Shown here: positions 43,863 through 52,696 of the stretch, in pieces
Layout: each line of letters opens with the position of its first letter
Position numbering within the stretch: the first letter of the stretch is position 1
Virus record (IMG/VR): IMGVR_UViG_3300042934_001015
Location: 1 to 52,696 of that record
From: a virus
Lineage: Duplodnaviria; Caudoviricetes
Strand: one strand, 5' to 3'
Length of the DNA: 52,696 nt
The notes under the pieces: model-generated
Told to the model about the DNA's origin: nothing
Seen by the model: the letters and a program-made list of their open reading frames with translations, nothing else
Database searches by the model: none
Program-made: the position numbers and the translations under genes

Positions 43863-44971
43863 CAGGTAGGACCTCCAACAGGTTCTGAATTTTCATTATG
43901 TGAAGATGATTCCGTCTCCTGATTTTGATGTTCTTCCTGTTGATTAATTGGTCCATCATTGTGTGGTGGTTCCGTTGACCCTTCTTGTTTATGAGGTTTG
44001 GGGTCTATATCAATTACTTCTGAATTTGCATTATCGTTTATTTCTTTTCTCACCCGCGCATAAGAATCATCTGTACTTTCTTCGTGGACCATTGCAACAA
44101 ATGCATTTCCGAAATCCTTCGGTATCTTTTTTACAATGTTGTTTCTCATTTTCCGAATGATCATGGATTCCCTACTTTGAGGATCCGACCATGCTGGGCT
44201 TATCCATTTTTGGAATTCAGGTTCATCTAGCGCCTTTAATCCCATCCCTTTTACCCGTTTCATAATGTCATTTTTCTTGGATGCAATCTGTTCTTTCTGT
44301 TGAATCGTTGCTTTAAATCGATTTTCGCAAATTCCGAAAGTTTCATTCATCATGTTGTTGTTGATATGAGCTATGAGATTTTTAATAACGTCATCACGTT
44401 CTGCAATAAAGAATTCGACTGTTTTGTCCGTCTTAATAACCGGATATACCACCCGTACCACGTCACCTTTACCGGTAGGTGACCATTTTGGAGGTTGCAT
44501 CTCCAAGCCGTTATAGGTTGGATATTCAAAGTTGTCATTTTCTCTTACAAGCCAGAATTGTTTGACCGCTTCAACATCTCTACCGAAGCGGGCAAGAATG
44601 GCGTCATTGCCATCCCCTTCTATCCCCATTTCAATTTGCTTTTTCCAAACTGTGATGTCTTTTCCAGTCTCATCTTTAGATTTAACTGATACATTACGGG
44701 TTTGAAAGTACACTTCTCGTGGACTAGCAGCCGCATTCAATTTTAAAGACGCTACTGACATTAATATTTGAGTCAGGTTATTTTTATCCAGTTGTGGGTC
44801 ATTCCAAGTAATGCCTTTTGATTCCAAAGCATTATTTATTGAAGATATGGCATTCATTACACAATTTTTAGAGTAAGTATCCATCGCGATGCCGTTCCCT
44901 GTTAGTTGGCGCTCAATCATAGGGAAAAACGCATCATTTATTTTGGTAAGCCCTGTTGAAAAGCCGCTCAT
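43859..44971 (-). CDS. RecT-like single-strand annealing recombinase
   Basis: LKLNA..REVYF, GIEGDG, VRENDNF, W...SMIIRK; flanked by the ATPase and MBL genes. Confidence 0.7.
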   Translation of the reverse strand: MSGFSTGLTKINDAFFPMIERQLTGNGIAMDTYSKNCVMNAISSINNALESKGITWNDPQLDKNNLTQILMSVASLKLNAAASPREVYFQTRNVSVKSKDETGKDITVWKKQIEMGIEGDGNDAILARFGRDVEAVKQFWLVRENDNFEYPTYNGLEMQPPKWSPTGKGDVVRVVYPVIKTDKTVEFFIAERDDVIKNLIAHINNNMMNETFGICENRFKATIQQKEQIASKKNDIMKRVKGMGLKALDEPEFQKWISPAWSDPQSRESMIIRKMRNNIVKKIPKDFGNAFVAMVHEESTDDSYARVRKEINDNANSEVIDIDPKPHKQEGSTEPPHNDGPINQQEEHQNQETESSSHNENSEPVGGPTW

Positions 44972-46959
44972 TAAATTACCTCCCTATATTCTGGTTGCCC
45001 AACATCCACCCTTAATTGTTTATCCTCTTTTGAAACTACTAGGCTGATGGTTTGGGCATTTGTATCAATTAACTGAGTAACCGCTTCAGCGTTATCTATA
45101 AAAATAGGAGCTACGAAACCATGATGCTCTGAAAGGGTATTAATAATGTCCAAACCAACATTGATACGTGCCGCATTATTTAATCCAGACCCGTACGGGA
45201 CACCATTGAAAGTCGTTTCGCAAACCTCCTCAAGACCACCGTTGATGTTCTGTTTGAACAAATTGAACCGTGCATACTTAAACTTGGAATTGATCTTCTC
45301 TTCGAGTTTCTTTACCTTTGTCCGAATAAATTCCTCCGTAAGATAAAGTTCATGTTCAAGTTTTTCAAATTCAGTTGCTAGTTCACGTTCTTGGCAGGAT
45401 AGTTCTTCAATACGCTTATTGGATTGAGCTACAAGCGAGAACTTTCCAACTTCTACTTGTGTTTGATCACGTTTTTGTTTCGTGTGAATGATTTCAAGTT
45501 GGATATCTTGGATGGATTGCTGAGTCATTTCCTGTAGCTGTTGAATTTCAACATTGATATTTTGCTTTTCTTGTAACTTAGAAACATAAGCCGGATTTTC
45601 AGTAATATCGATGATGCTTCCTTCCAGTTGAACTAGTTCAGTTTGCAGCTTTTTAAGAAGGGCTTGTTTTTCAGCAATTTGGCCGTTTACTTTTTCGTAT
45701 TCCTTTGCCAACTTTTCATTTTCTTGAAGAAGATCGTCCTTTTTCTGTTTCCCCTGTTTCCCTTTGATATCAATGGCTTCGAGTTTTTGAGCCTTCTGAA
45801 GATTAAATAGTGATAATGCTTTTTCTCTGGCTGCTTCTACTTGTGCAGTTGGCAGGCTCTGTCCGCAAGCAGGGCATTCACACTTCTCATTATGGATAAA
45901 TTTTTGTTCATCAATTTCGAACCATTCCGTACGTAATTGCATAAGGTTACTTTCAAGAGTCTTAAGGTTTTCATCATTATGTCGTTTTTGATTTTTTAAG
46001 TTATTTAGTTTTGAATTAAGCAAAGAGATATTGGATTGTTCTTCCTGAATACGAGCTTTTTTCTGATAGAAAAAATCCTTAGAACCCGTATCATGTTCCC
46101 GTTTAATTTCGAGTAACTCCATTTCAATCCGCTGTATGGCCATTTGCTTATCTGAAATAGCTTTTCCGTTACGAATGTTACTGATTTGAGTCATCTTTTC
46201 ATCGATTTCATTATTAAGTGATGCTATCTCCACTTCTAGAGCTTCTTTAATTAATCCATCCAGCTGTGGCAAGCCACGCTGAATTTCATCAATACGGACA
46301 GGGATTTTTTCCAATTCTTTATTGATTTCGGCACGACGGGAAGCGATGATTTTTCTGTGGTTCTCGATCGTTTTGCCTTGTAATATTGTTGGTAGTTCTG
46401 CAAGTGATTTTTCACCAGCAATAACTTCTTCGTCTGAGATATCGCCGCAAATTTCTAACAGAGTTTTCCTCCGATCCTGCCACTTAACTTGTTCATTAAA
46501 AAATGTAGGTGATGTTAGCAGTTTGAAAAGGTCTTCCTGGACTATTGATTTTATTAAATCCTCATACTCTTTCTTTTTCACTGGCACTCCATCAATGTAG
46601 TAAACTGTGCTATGGCCCGTGAATTCCTCTGTTGCAGATCCACGTTTACGTGTCCATTTTTCAGAGTATACTTTCCGGAGAGTCAACTGCTTACCATCAA
46701 GTAAGAATACGCCCTTTACTTCGTGCTCAAGCATATGCTTTTCTTTACCGTGTTCATCCAAAGTTTTTAGTGAAAATTCTTTTTTGTTTTGGCTGTCCTT
46801 GTCAAACAAGAGCCAAATGAAACTGTCAACCAGTGTAGTTTTTCCTGTGGCGTTTTCACCAAATATAGAAGTATTAAGACCATTAAGAGTCATTACGAAG
46901 TATGGTATTCCTTTAAAATTCCTTACTTCCAAACTCTCTAGCGTAAACTGCTTTGACAA
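44971..46959 (-). CDS. SMC/Rad50-like AAA ATPase
   Basis: NFKG, GENATGKT, coiled coil with CPACGQ hook, PIFIDNAE. Confidence 0.9.
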   Translation of the reverse strand: MSKQFTLESLEVRNFKGIPYFVMTLNGLNTSIFGENATGKTTLVDSFIWLLFDKDSQNKKEFSLKTLDEHGKEKHMLEHEVKGVFLLDGKQLTLRKVYSEKWTRKRGSATEEFTGHSTVYYIDGVPVKKKEYEDLIKSIVQEDLFKLLTSPTFFNEQVKWQDRRKTLLEICGDISDEEVIAGEKSLAELPTILQGKTIENHRKIIASRRAEINKELEKIPVRIDEIQRGLPQLDGLIKEALEVEIASLNNEIDEKMTQISNIRNGKAISDKQMAIQRIEMELLEIKREHDTGSKDFFYQKKARIQEEQSNISLLNSKLNNLKNQKRHNDENLKTLESNLMQLRTEWFEIDEQKFIHNEKCECPACGQSLPTAQVEAAREKALSLFNLQKAQKLEAIDIKGKQGKQKKDDLLQENEKLAKEYEKVNGQIAEKQALLKKLQTELVQLEGSIIDITENPAYVSKLQEKQNINVEIQQLQEMTQQSIQDIQLEIIHTKQKRDQTQVEVGKFSLVAQSNKRIEELSCQERELATEFEKLEHELYLTEEFIRTKVKKLEEKINSKFKYARFNLFKQNINGGLEEVCETTFNGVPYGSGLNNAARINVGLDIINTLSEHHGFVAPIFIDNAEAVTQLIDTNAQTISLVVSKEDKQLRVDVGQPEYREVI

Positions 46960-47162
46960 AGTAATTCCTCCTCTTTAATTTTTTCTAGTTCGTTACGAAC
47001 TTCTTCAACTGCTGGGAAGAAGTCCTTGAATAGTAGTCTTTGCCCATTTTGAAATTCAGAACTGTAATGCTCTGGGTGATTACTTATCGCTCTTTGGTGT
47101 AATCGCATTAAAAACTCCATATGGTTTACTGCGATTTCTAATGATTGGAATTTCTCTTGCAT
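46938..47162 (-). CDS. Hypothetical protein
   Basis: AAGGAGAG RBS. Confidence 0.65.
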   Translation of the reverse strand: MQEKFQSLEIAVNHMEFLMRLHQRAISNHPEHYSSEFQNGQRLLFKDFFPAVEEVRNELEKIKEEELLCQSSLR

Positions 47163-47242
47163 AAAGACTCTCCTTTCCGATAAAATAGGAGTAACAATAA
47201 ATTTTTTAAACCACCAGACTCCTGCGCTAACAGGAGTCTATT

Positions 47243-47353
47243 TTAATGAATTGGTAACTTGGTACCGCAAATTTTGCAATAAATAGCGTCAATTACATGC
47301 TTTTCTAGACCACAAACAGAGCATTTAGAGTATTTTATCTGCTTTTCTAGCAT
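47243..47353 (-). CDS. 36-aa Zn-ribbon peptide (not in the ORF track)
   Basis: AAGGAGGG RBS; MLEKQIKYSKCSVCGLEKHVIDAIYCKICGTKLPIH. Confidence 0.65.
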   Translation of the reverse strand: MLEKQIKYSKCSVCGLEKHVIDAIYCKICGTKLPIH

Positions 47354-47389
47354 GATTTCCCTCCTTCCTATGTAAATTTCAATGAACAC

Positions 47390-47530
47390 TAGCTGGCACA
47401 CGCCTAACATCATGTGATATTGCCATATACCAACAGTTGGTGTCTCATTCGCACCGTCATAGCCAGGAATATAGTCAGATTAGGGGTGGAATCCAATCCC
47501 TGACCATGACGACAAGAACAAGCTTGTCGC
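47390..47530 (-). ncRNA. Candidate structured RNA in an early-operon intergenic region
   Basis: Several stems whose G.U pairs form only on the minus strand; apical loop CCACCCCU. Confidence 0.45.
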
Positions 47531-47601
47531 ATCGATTAAACGATGATAAACTATAGATATCGTAGATTGTTAGCAGTGAGCATTGACCGTTGCACCGGTT
47601 A

Positions 47602-47769
47602 TTAGCTTACTGCTTTTTCTTTTTTAGAAAGCTGATTTAATGCTGATCTCAACTGAAGTTCAAAAAGTGTGATTTTCCCTTTGCTTTCGCGAACCAACTG
47701 GCACCAAAGTAGAACTTCCTTTTTTGTCATTACCGGACTTGTAAACAACCGCTTTTGAGACTCTTTCAT
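47602..47769 (-). CDS. Small hypothetical protein
   Basis: ATGA-coupled to the upstream small ORF. Confidence 0.55.
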   Translation of the reverse strand: MKESQKRLFTSPVMTKKEVLLWCQLVRESKGKITLFELQLRSALNQLSKKEKAVS

Positions 47770-47858
47770 TGCATTCGCACCGCCCAATCTATTTTTACTC
47801 CCTGCGCTCTTAACTTTTGGATAAGCTGCTCCAGCCTTTCTCGTTTTGAAATTATCAC
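47766..47858 (-). CDS. 30-aa peptide (not in the ORF track)
   Basis: AAGGAG RBS; MIISKRERLEQLIQKLRAQGVKIDWAVRMQ. Confidence 0.5.
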   Translation of the reverse strand: MIISKRERLEQLIQKLRAQGVKIDWAVRMQ

Positions 47859-47873
47859 TTGCCTATTCTCCTT

Positions 47874-48182
47874 TTAGAAAAACCGTAATGTTATTGCTTC
47901 CATTGCTAACTTTTTGTTGTAATCATCCAAATAATCCATTTCAGTTAAATTGACTTTGTTTTTTTCGTTGTACAAATGTAAGGCTAAATTGAGCATGAAT
48001 TTTTCTGATTGTGACCAAGGCCCTGCTAATTTTTTAAGCGCAGCAATCTTGATTGTCCCGGCTTCCATATCGAAATATTTTGTATTAAAACAGCCTTGTA
48101 GTTTGTAGTGATTTATAAATAGATGAATTAAACCTTTCCAGTACCGATCACTTGCAATATTACTTGGAATTGTAGCACCCAT
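47874..48182 (-). CDS. Hypothetical phage protein
   Basis: PWSQSEKFMLNLALHLYN...YLD; TAATG coupling. Confidence 0.75.
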   Translation of the reverse strand: MGATIPSNIASDRYWKGLIHLFINHYKLQGCFNTKYFDMEAGTIKIAALKKLAGPWSQSEKFMLNLALHLYNEKNKVNLTEMDYLDDYNKKLAMEAITLRFF

Positions 48183-48694
48183 TATTTTTCCATCCTCCTA
48201 GCCTTCAAAGTTAAACGCCATTCAGCGAATAGTTTTTTCATAGAAAACTTATGCTCCCTACAGATCACAGCGACCAGGTTTATCATGCTAGTAGCAGCAT
48301 CTAACGTTTCAAAAATGGCTCTCTTAACATCTTCTCTTTCAAGTTCGCTTACTGTATGTACGGGTTTGGTCCAGCAAACCCTCTGGAGATGTTCCGTTGC
48401 TTCATCTGTTTCTTTTTTTGTTAAGAAAGCCATGCTTGCAGGATGTTGATCAACATATTCACCGTTTAAGTAAGGGATAGATACCTCACCAGCTGCATCT
48501 CCCCATGTTTTGAAATAATATTCTTCATCATCAATTTGCTTGGCGATTGGCCGTCTCATATCCTCGGGCAACCGCCTGGAACCAATTTCATATTTTGCGA
48601 TGCTCTCACGCGATACAGGTAAATCTAATGCTAGTTGGTCTTGGGTGACTCCCTGGCGCTTACGAGCTCGTGCAAGCTCCTCGCCAATTTTCAT
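48182..48694 (-). CDS. XRE-family HTH protein with C-terminal helical domain
   Basis: TQDQLALDLPVSRESIAKYEIG. Confidence 0.85.
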   Translation of the reverse strand: MKIGEELARARKRQGVTQDQLALDLPVSRESIAKYEIGSRRLPEDMRRPIAKQIDDEEYYFKTWGDAAGEVSIPYLNGEYVDQHPASMAFLTKKETDEATEHLQRVCWTKPVHTVSELEREDVKRAIFETLDAATSMINLVAVICREHKFSMKKLFAEWRLTLKARRMEK

Positions 48695-48765
48695 TAATGC
48701 TTCCTCTCCCCTTTTTGTACCTGCTGATTAGTAGAGTTGTTACTAGAACAGGTGGTATTTTTATA

Positions 48766-48951
48766 CTAAGCCGATGTGACAGATGACTCTTGCTGACGAA
48801 TCCATGTGTTAATCGTTTCAAGACTAAAAAGGATACGTCTACGGATTCTAAAATGCGGAATTTGATTCTGCCTTACCATGCTGTAAATTGTGTCCTGGTG
48901 TACACCAAGGTACTCAGCAACCTCTTGAACTGTTAACGTATTTCTTTGCAC
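48766..48951 (-). CDS. xis: Excisionase-like HTH_17 protein
   Basis: LTVQEVAEYLGV...IY.MVR...IPHFRI..RILF...I..WI. Confidence 0.8.
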   Translation of the reverse strand: MQRNTLTVQEVAEYLGVHQDTIYSMVRQNQIPHFRIRRRILFSLETINTWIRQQESSVTSA

Positions 48952-48986
48952 ATGACCACCTCCTTTGGTTCTGTATGGTCCAGAAT

Positions 48987-49109
48987 CTAAACGATCTTTA
49001 ATAAATTTTCAATTACTTCATCATTGTTGTAGCCATCGTTGATCATCATGGCTGATTCTAAAATGAGAAATTTTAATTGAGCCAGTAGGGTTTTTTGTGT
49101 GAGGTTCAT
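48987..49109 (-). CDS. 40-aa peptide (not in the ORF track)
   Basis: AAGGAGG RBS; MNLTQKTLLAQLKFLILESAMMINDGYNNDEVIENLLKIV. Confidence 0.55.
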   Translation of the reverse strand: MNLTQKTLLAQLKFLILESAMMINDGYNNDEVIENLLKIV

Positions 49110-49121
49110 GTTAATTCCTCC

Positions 49122-49343
49122 TTATGCTGTGTTCCGATTCGGAACCCTACCGTTAAAAAAAATTTGATCAACAGTAGTTAATAATGCATCTGCAATTTTT
49201 TTTGCTACTCCCATGGAAGGTTCCTTACGACCAGCTTCTATATTTGTATAATATGCACGGGTAATTCCAGATTTTTCTGCTACTTGCTCCTGAGTAAGGC
49301 TAAGTTGTTTCCTTCTTTCAATTAAATCAGAGCGTTGTTCCAC
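49122..49343 (-). CDS. cro: Cro-like repressor
   Basis: LTQEQVAEKSGITRAYYTNIEAG..EPS; first gene of the lytic early operon. Confidence 0.88.
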   Translation of the reverse strand: MEQRSDLIERRKQLSLTQEQVAEKSGITRAYYTNIEAGRKEPSMGVAKKIADALLTTVDQIFFNGRVPNRNTA

Positions 49344-49358
49344 TTTACCACCCCCATC

Positions 49359-49452
49359 GTTCCGATTGGGAACTATTTATATTTTTATTTTAGTTCCTAA
49401 ACGGAACGATGTCAATAGTTTTGTTCCTTAAATTTACGTTTCTTTAAGGAAC
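49359..49452. promoter_or_regulatory. Lysis-lysogeny switch: GTTCC-N5-GGAAC operators and lytic promoter
   Basis: Operators at 49359-49373, 49393-49407 and 49438-49452 (plus 49131-49145); minus-strand TTGACA-17-TAAAAT encloses the 49393 operator. Confidence 0.85.
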
Positions 49453-49495
49453 AAAAAGGAATAAAATTAAATTATGAAATTCTGGTGGTGATACA

Positions 49496-49879
49496 ATGAC
49501 TATTTTTGCAAAAAGATTCAAAAAACTACGTGATGAGATTGGTTTAACTCAAGATCAAATGGCGGACAAGCTTGGCGTTTCACGACCAACGATAGCTGGG
49601 TATGAATCAGAGGAGAAAAACCGAGTTCCAAGAAAAGAAACTCTAATAAAAATTGCGGATACGTTCGGAGTATCTACTGACTGGCTGCTAGGAAATACAG
49701 ATAACCCTAACATTAACGACTCCGACAAAGGATTCCAGGAATTTCTAAAGGATCCTAATCTTGGTTTTTGGGCAAAAGAGTTCAAAGAATTCCCGGAAGC
49801 GGAAAAAGAACTTCGAAAGATTTGGGAAGTTCTTAAGGAACGAGAAGCTGGACGTAAGCCAGGGGATAAGCAAAAATAA
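49496..49879 (+). CDS. Prophage repressor (ImmR/Xre-like, no autocleavage domain)
   Basis: LTQDQMADKLGVSRPTIAGYE...IADTFGVSTDWLLG; divergent from cro. Confidence 0.9.
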   Translation: MTIFAKRFKKLRDEIGLTQDQMADKLGVSRPTIAGYESEEKNRVPRKETLIKIADTFGVSTDWLLGNTDNPNINDSDKGFQEFLKDPNLGFWAKEFKEFPEAEKELRKIWEVLKEREAGRKPGDKQK

Positions 49880-50001
49880 ACACGCTATAATGCGTGTCTT
49901 TATTTTGGGTAATTCAGAAATATTTTACATAAATGGAACTTCCAACAATAATAAGGTTTTAACACACGTACCTAAATAAAGAGATAAATGGGGGAATCCT
50001 T

Positions 50002-51225
50002 GTGTCGAAAGATGAGAAAAAAATTAAGAAAGTTGTTATTGAAAAATTGCTCGCTCAGCATTTTGTCGGAAAAATATTTAAGAATAATCGGATTTATAAA
50101 GTAAGTGTAAATGAAATCGCTCACTTTATGATAATCACAAATACTGGCTTTGAAATTTATTTTGCTAACAAAAAGGTAATAGGTGATGAAGAGGTTTTGG
50201 ATAAAGTTGAGCTAAAGCTAACCTTTTCATGGAGTGACTTTTCTTCAGTAGAGGTTGACAAATTCGCACTTTCAACGCTGTATATATTTAATACTGGTTT
50301 CACTTTAAGAGTCGATGCTTCTAACGACTTAACTGAAGAACTAAGAAAAAATGGTATAAGTGTTACGATTCTCGAAAGAAAATGGTATAACAAAATTTTA
50401 GGATTTCGTTCTAAGAAAAAATGGAAAATGGCAGTCGCAGTCCTGGGCTATTTATTGATTTTATTCGTGGCTATTGATGTTTTTGTTGAAAGTGATACCG
50501 AAAAGGCTGAACTAGCTGCTGTACAGGTAAAAGAACAGGCTAAACTGGATGCTGAAAAGGAAGCTAAGGCTGAAGTTAAGGAAGCTGAAAAGAAAGCTAA
50601 AGAGGCTGAAAATAAAAAAGCTGAAGAAGCTGCGGCTCAAGTTGCAGAAAAGAAAGAAGCAGATGAGCAAGCTAAAAAGGAAGCAGAAAAAACACCTCAA
50701 CAAAAAATGATAGAAAATATATCGGCTTTATTTGCTTCAAAACAGGCATTTGATGCTGGTTCTTATATCAAAGGCGACATTCCTACTGGAGAATATGCAT
50801 TCATTACTTTTGATGGAAGCGGACAATACTATGTTGAAAAGGATACTGCGGGAAATATTATCGATAATGAAAACTTTGATAGCTTTGGTTATATTTTTGT
50901 GCATGAAGCAGGAAACATACAAACTGATGGGGTTTTAATTAGTACAGCTGCTTTCGAAACATTAGCGGTAAGTGGCGCAAAACAAATTTATGAAACTGTA
51001 AACAATGTTCAAAACTATGTGGATTCTGCTTGGTACAAAGTTGGAGTTGACATACAGCCTGGGCAATACGTTATTGAGAGTTATGGTGAAGGCTATGTTG
51101 CTGTAATGGCAGGACCAGTTGGGAAAAGCGATATAGTAGATAATGAAAATTTTAATGGTCGATATTCCACAACCGTTACGAATGGACAATATTTGCAAAT
51201 ATCCAAAGCTAAAATCGCTCAATAA
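50002..51225 (+). CDS. Lysogeny-region membrane protein with extracellular repeat domains
   Basis: N-terminal domain, GFRSKKKWK + TM, EAK coiled coil, two G.Y..G.DI..G.Y repeats. Confidence 0.75.
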   Translation: MSKDEKKIKKVVIEKLLAQHFVGKIFKNNRIYKVSVNEIAHFMIITNTGFEIYFANKKVIGDEEVLDKVELKLTFSWSDFSSVEVDKFALSTLYIFNTGFTLRVDASNDLTEELRKNGISVTILERKWYNKILGFRSKKKWKMAVAVLGYLLILFVAIDVFVESDTEKAELAAVQVKEQAKLDAEKEAKAEVKEAEKKAKEAENKKAEEAAAQVAEKKEADEQAKKEAEKTPQQKMIENISALFASKQAFDAGSYIKGDIPTGEYAFITFDGSGQYYVEKDTAGNIIDNENFDSFGYIFVHEAGNIQTDGVLISTAAFETLAVSGAKQIYETVNNVQNYVDSAWYKVGVDIQPGQYVIESYGEGYVAVMAGPVGKSDIVDNENFNGRYSTTVTNGQYLQISKAKIAQ

Positions 51226-51322
51226 TGGCCTAAACCCATAGATTGGGACAAGGATAAATATAATTACGAGTAAGGTTTAGAAAATGTCCACCAATTGGGC
51301 ATTTTTTTATTGTTGTAATACA

Positions 51323-51341
51323 GAACACATGTTTGTATAAT
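51323..51341 (+). promoter_or_regulatory. LexA box and -10 element upstream of immA
   Basis: GAACACATGTTT followed by GTATAAT, the same layout as at 4291. Confidence 0.75.
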
Positions 51342-51360
51342 TTAGTAGAGGTGACTGTCA

Positions 51361-52080
51361 ATGAATTACATTTATAATCCACTTGAAGATCAAGTGAAAA
51401 AATTGTACCAACATCTGTCTATCAATGTTCCTGAGCAAATAGACATGATAGATATAGCAGCCAAACTCGACATCTGGCTTCATTTTGAATCTGTGAGTAG
51501 TAAGGCTATCGAACGGAACGGTGTTTACTCCATGTTTATCGATAAGCGTCTATCTACCCAAGAACAATGGCAAGATTTTGGCCATGAACTATGCCATGCC
51601 CTATTGCATTGCGGCAACCAGCTCAATTTGCCTAGAGAGTTTGTCATGTACCAAGAAAGCAAGGCCCGGAATTTCGCTTTACATTTTTGCATACCTACTT
51701 TTATGCTAGAAAAATTGGACTTACCATCCATGGAAAAGGAAGCAATAGAAATGATTTCCAAATCCTTTAATGTGGACCTAAAATTCGCAAAGACACGTTT
51801 ATTGGGATGGGTGCAACAACAGAAGAGTCATCTATTTTATAAAAAAATTTCTGAACCAACCTCTTACTATGAAGTTGAACCAGAATCTAACAAGGTAATC
51901 TATTTAGGAAGCGATGTAACCGACCTACCTGCTCCACCAGAAATGATAGAGGAATTTTTAAAGGAGATAGGAGACAAAGGTTTTTCTTGTAGTGCTCCTC
52001 TCACAATTGGAATTATTCAACATATGAAAAGCATTTTTAAAAGTATGGATACAGAAAAAACGCTTGTAAATAATAAGTAA
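51361..52080 (+). CDS. immA: ImmA/IrrE metallopeptidase (antirepressor)
   Basis: QWQDFGHELCH..LH.GNQ, QESKARNFALHFCIP. Confidence 0.9.
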   Translation: MNYIYNPLEDQVKKLYQHLSINVPEQIDMIDIAAKLDIWLHFESVSSKAIERNGVYSMFIDKRLSTQEQWQDFGHELCHALLHCGNQLNLPREFVMYQESKARNFALHFCIPTFMLEKLDLPSMEKEAIEMISKSFNVDLKFAKTRLLGWVQQQKSHLFYKKISEPTSYYEVEPESNKVIYLGSDVTDLPAPPEMIEEFLKEIGDKGFSCSAPLTIGIIQHMKSIFKSMDTEKTLVNNK

Positions 52081-52107
52081 TTTGTAATAGGAAGGAGGCT
52101 GTTAACA

Positions 52108-52696
52108 ATGGCCTATATCGAAAAGCGTGGAAAAAATAGCTATCGATTATCTGTAGTCATTGGATATAAAGAAGATGGTTCGAAAATTTATCATAAGAAA
52201 ACAGTAAAAGCTAAAAATCCAACGGAGGCAAGGAAATTTCTCACTTTATTCGAGGCAGAAATACTAAATGGCCAATACATTAATGTTGAAGAAAAAATGA
52301 CCTTGCACAAATTTTTTGAAGACTGGAAAGAAAAATACGCAAAGGATACGTTAACACCGGATACTTTTCAAAACTATGTGAATATCTTAAAAAAACGGAT
52401 TTTACCAGTCTATGGACATATGAAGCTAACAGACATCAAAACGATACATATCGTAAATTTCGTAAATGATCTAAAGAAGAATGGTCGAAGACTCGATGGA
52501 AAAGATGGACCCCTTTCTGCCTCAACAATAACCAATTGTTATAGAGCGTTTAACAATGTACTAAATCGAGCAGCTGAGTGGAAATTAATTAAAGAAAATC
52601 CAGCAACACAAGTTCAAACACCAAAAATAAAGAGTAAGAAATCCGATGTTTACTCCAAAGAGGAAATCTCTGAATTAATGGCCCATTTGGAAGAAA
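52108..52696 (+). CDS. int: Tyrosine integrase, N-terminal half (3' partial; not in the ORF track)
   Basis: AAGGAGG RBS; MAYIEKRGKNSYRL arm-binding domain, SAM-like domain, LNRAAEWKLIKENPA; open to the window end. Confidence 0.93.
   Translation, partial: MAYIEKRGKNSYRLSVVIGYKEDGSKIYHKKTVKAKNPTEARKFLTLFEAEILNGQYINVEEKMTLHKFFEDWKEKYAKDTLTPDTFQNYVNILKKRILPVYGHMKLTDIKTIHIVNFVNDLKKNGRRLDGKDGPLSASTITNCYRAFNNVLNRAAEWKLIKENPATQVQTPKIKSKKSDVYSKEEISELMAHLEE

Larger units (their letters stand above)
1..52696. mobile_element. Near-complete temperate siphophage genome (Bacillaceae host), circularly permuted within the integrase gene
   Basis: Full set of lysogeny, replication, packaging, head, non-contractile tail and lysis modules; integrase N-half at the right end and C-half at the left end; attP after the integrase. 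Confidence 0.95.

Noticed and set aside
31193-50009. Additional 0A boxes at 31193-31199 and 50003-50009
   Set aside because: Both are inside coding sequence, and several chance 7-mer matches are expected.
49880-52100. Arbitrium or Rap-Phr communication system
   Set aside because: No TPR/RRNPP receptor or small secreted peptide gene is recognisable.

Overview
The window is essentially one complete ~52.7 kb temperate siphophage of a Bacillaceae host, seen in the excised or circular (attP) configuration. The tyrosine integrase is split across the two window ends, and a tRNA-Arg(CCT) 3' half flanked by arm-type repeats forms attP. Read along the minus strand the order is: ImmR/ImmA-type immunity region, early and replication genes (SMC-like ATPase, RecT-like, MBL hydrolase, initiator with iterons, PcfK/PcfJ/DUF3102), Xpf-like sigma factor, packaging, head and tail genes, lysis, then accessory genes. 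The most notable elements are five. (1) A second tyrosine recombinase with its own HTH regulator and three operators sits inside the tail module, next to a tailspike catalytic domain and an O-acetyltransferase bounded by a degenerate direct repeat; this is a candidate exchangeable host-range cassette. (2) A c-di-GMP-I riboswitch drives a stand-alone CheY, convergent with a receiver-less Spo0A effector protein, and has a 0A box in its promoter. (3) The palindrome CCAAGCGCTTGG occurs three times, once inside the DUF3102 gene (parS-like). (4) There is an FtsK/relaxase/pilin-like triad and an SOS-boxed WYL plus LexA-DBD operon. (5) There is a three-gene HicAB moron, a type I toxin-like peptide and a candidate structured ncRNA. 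All family calls come from motif recognition by eye; no database searches were run.
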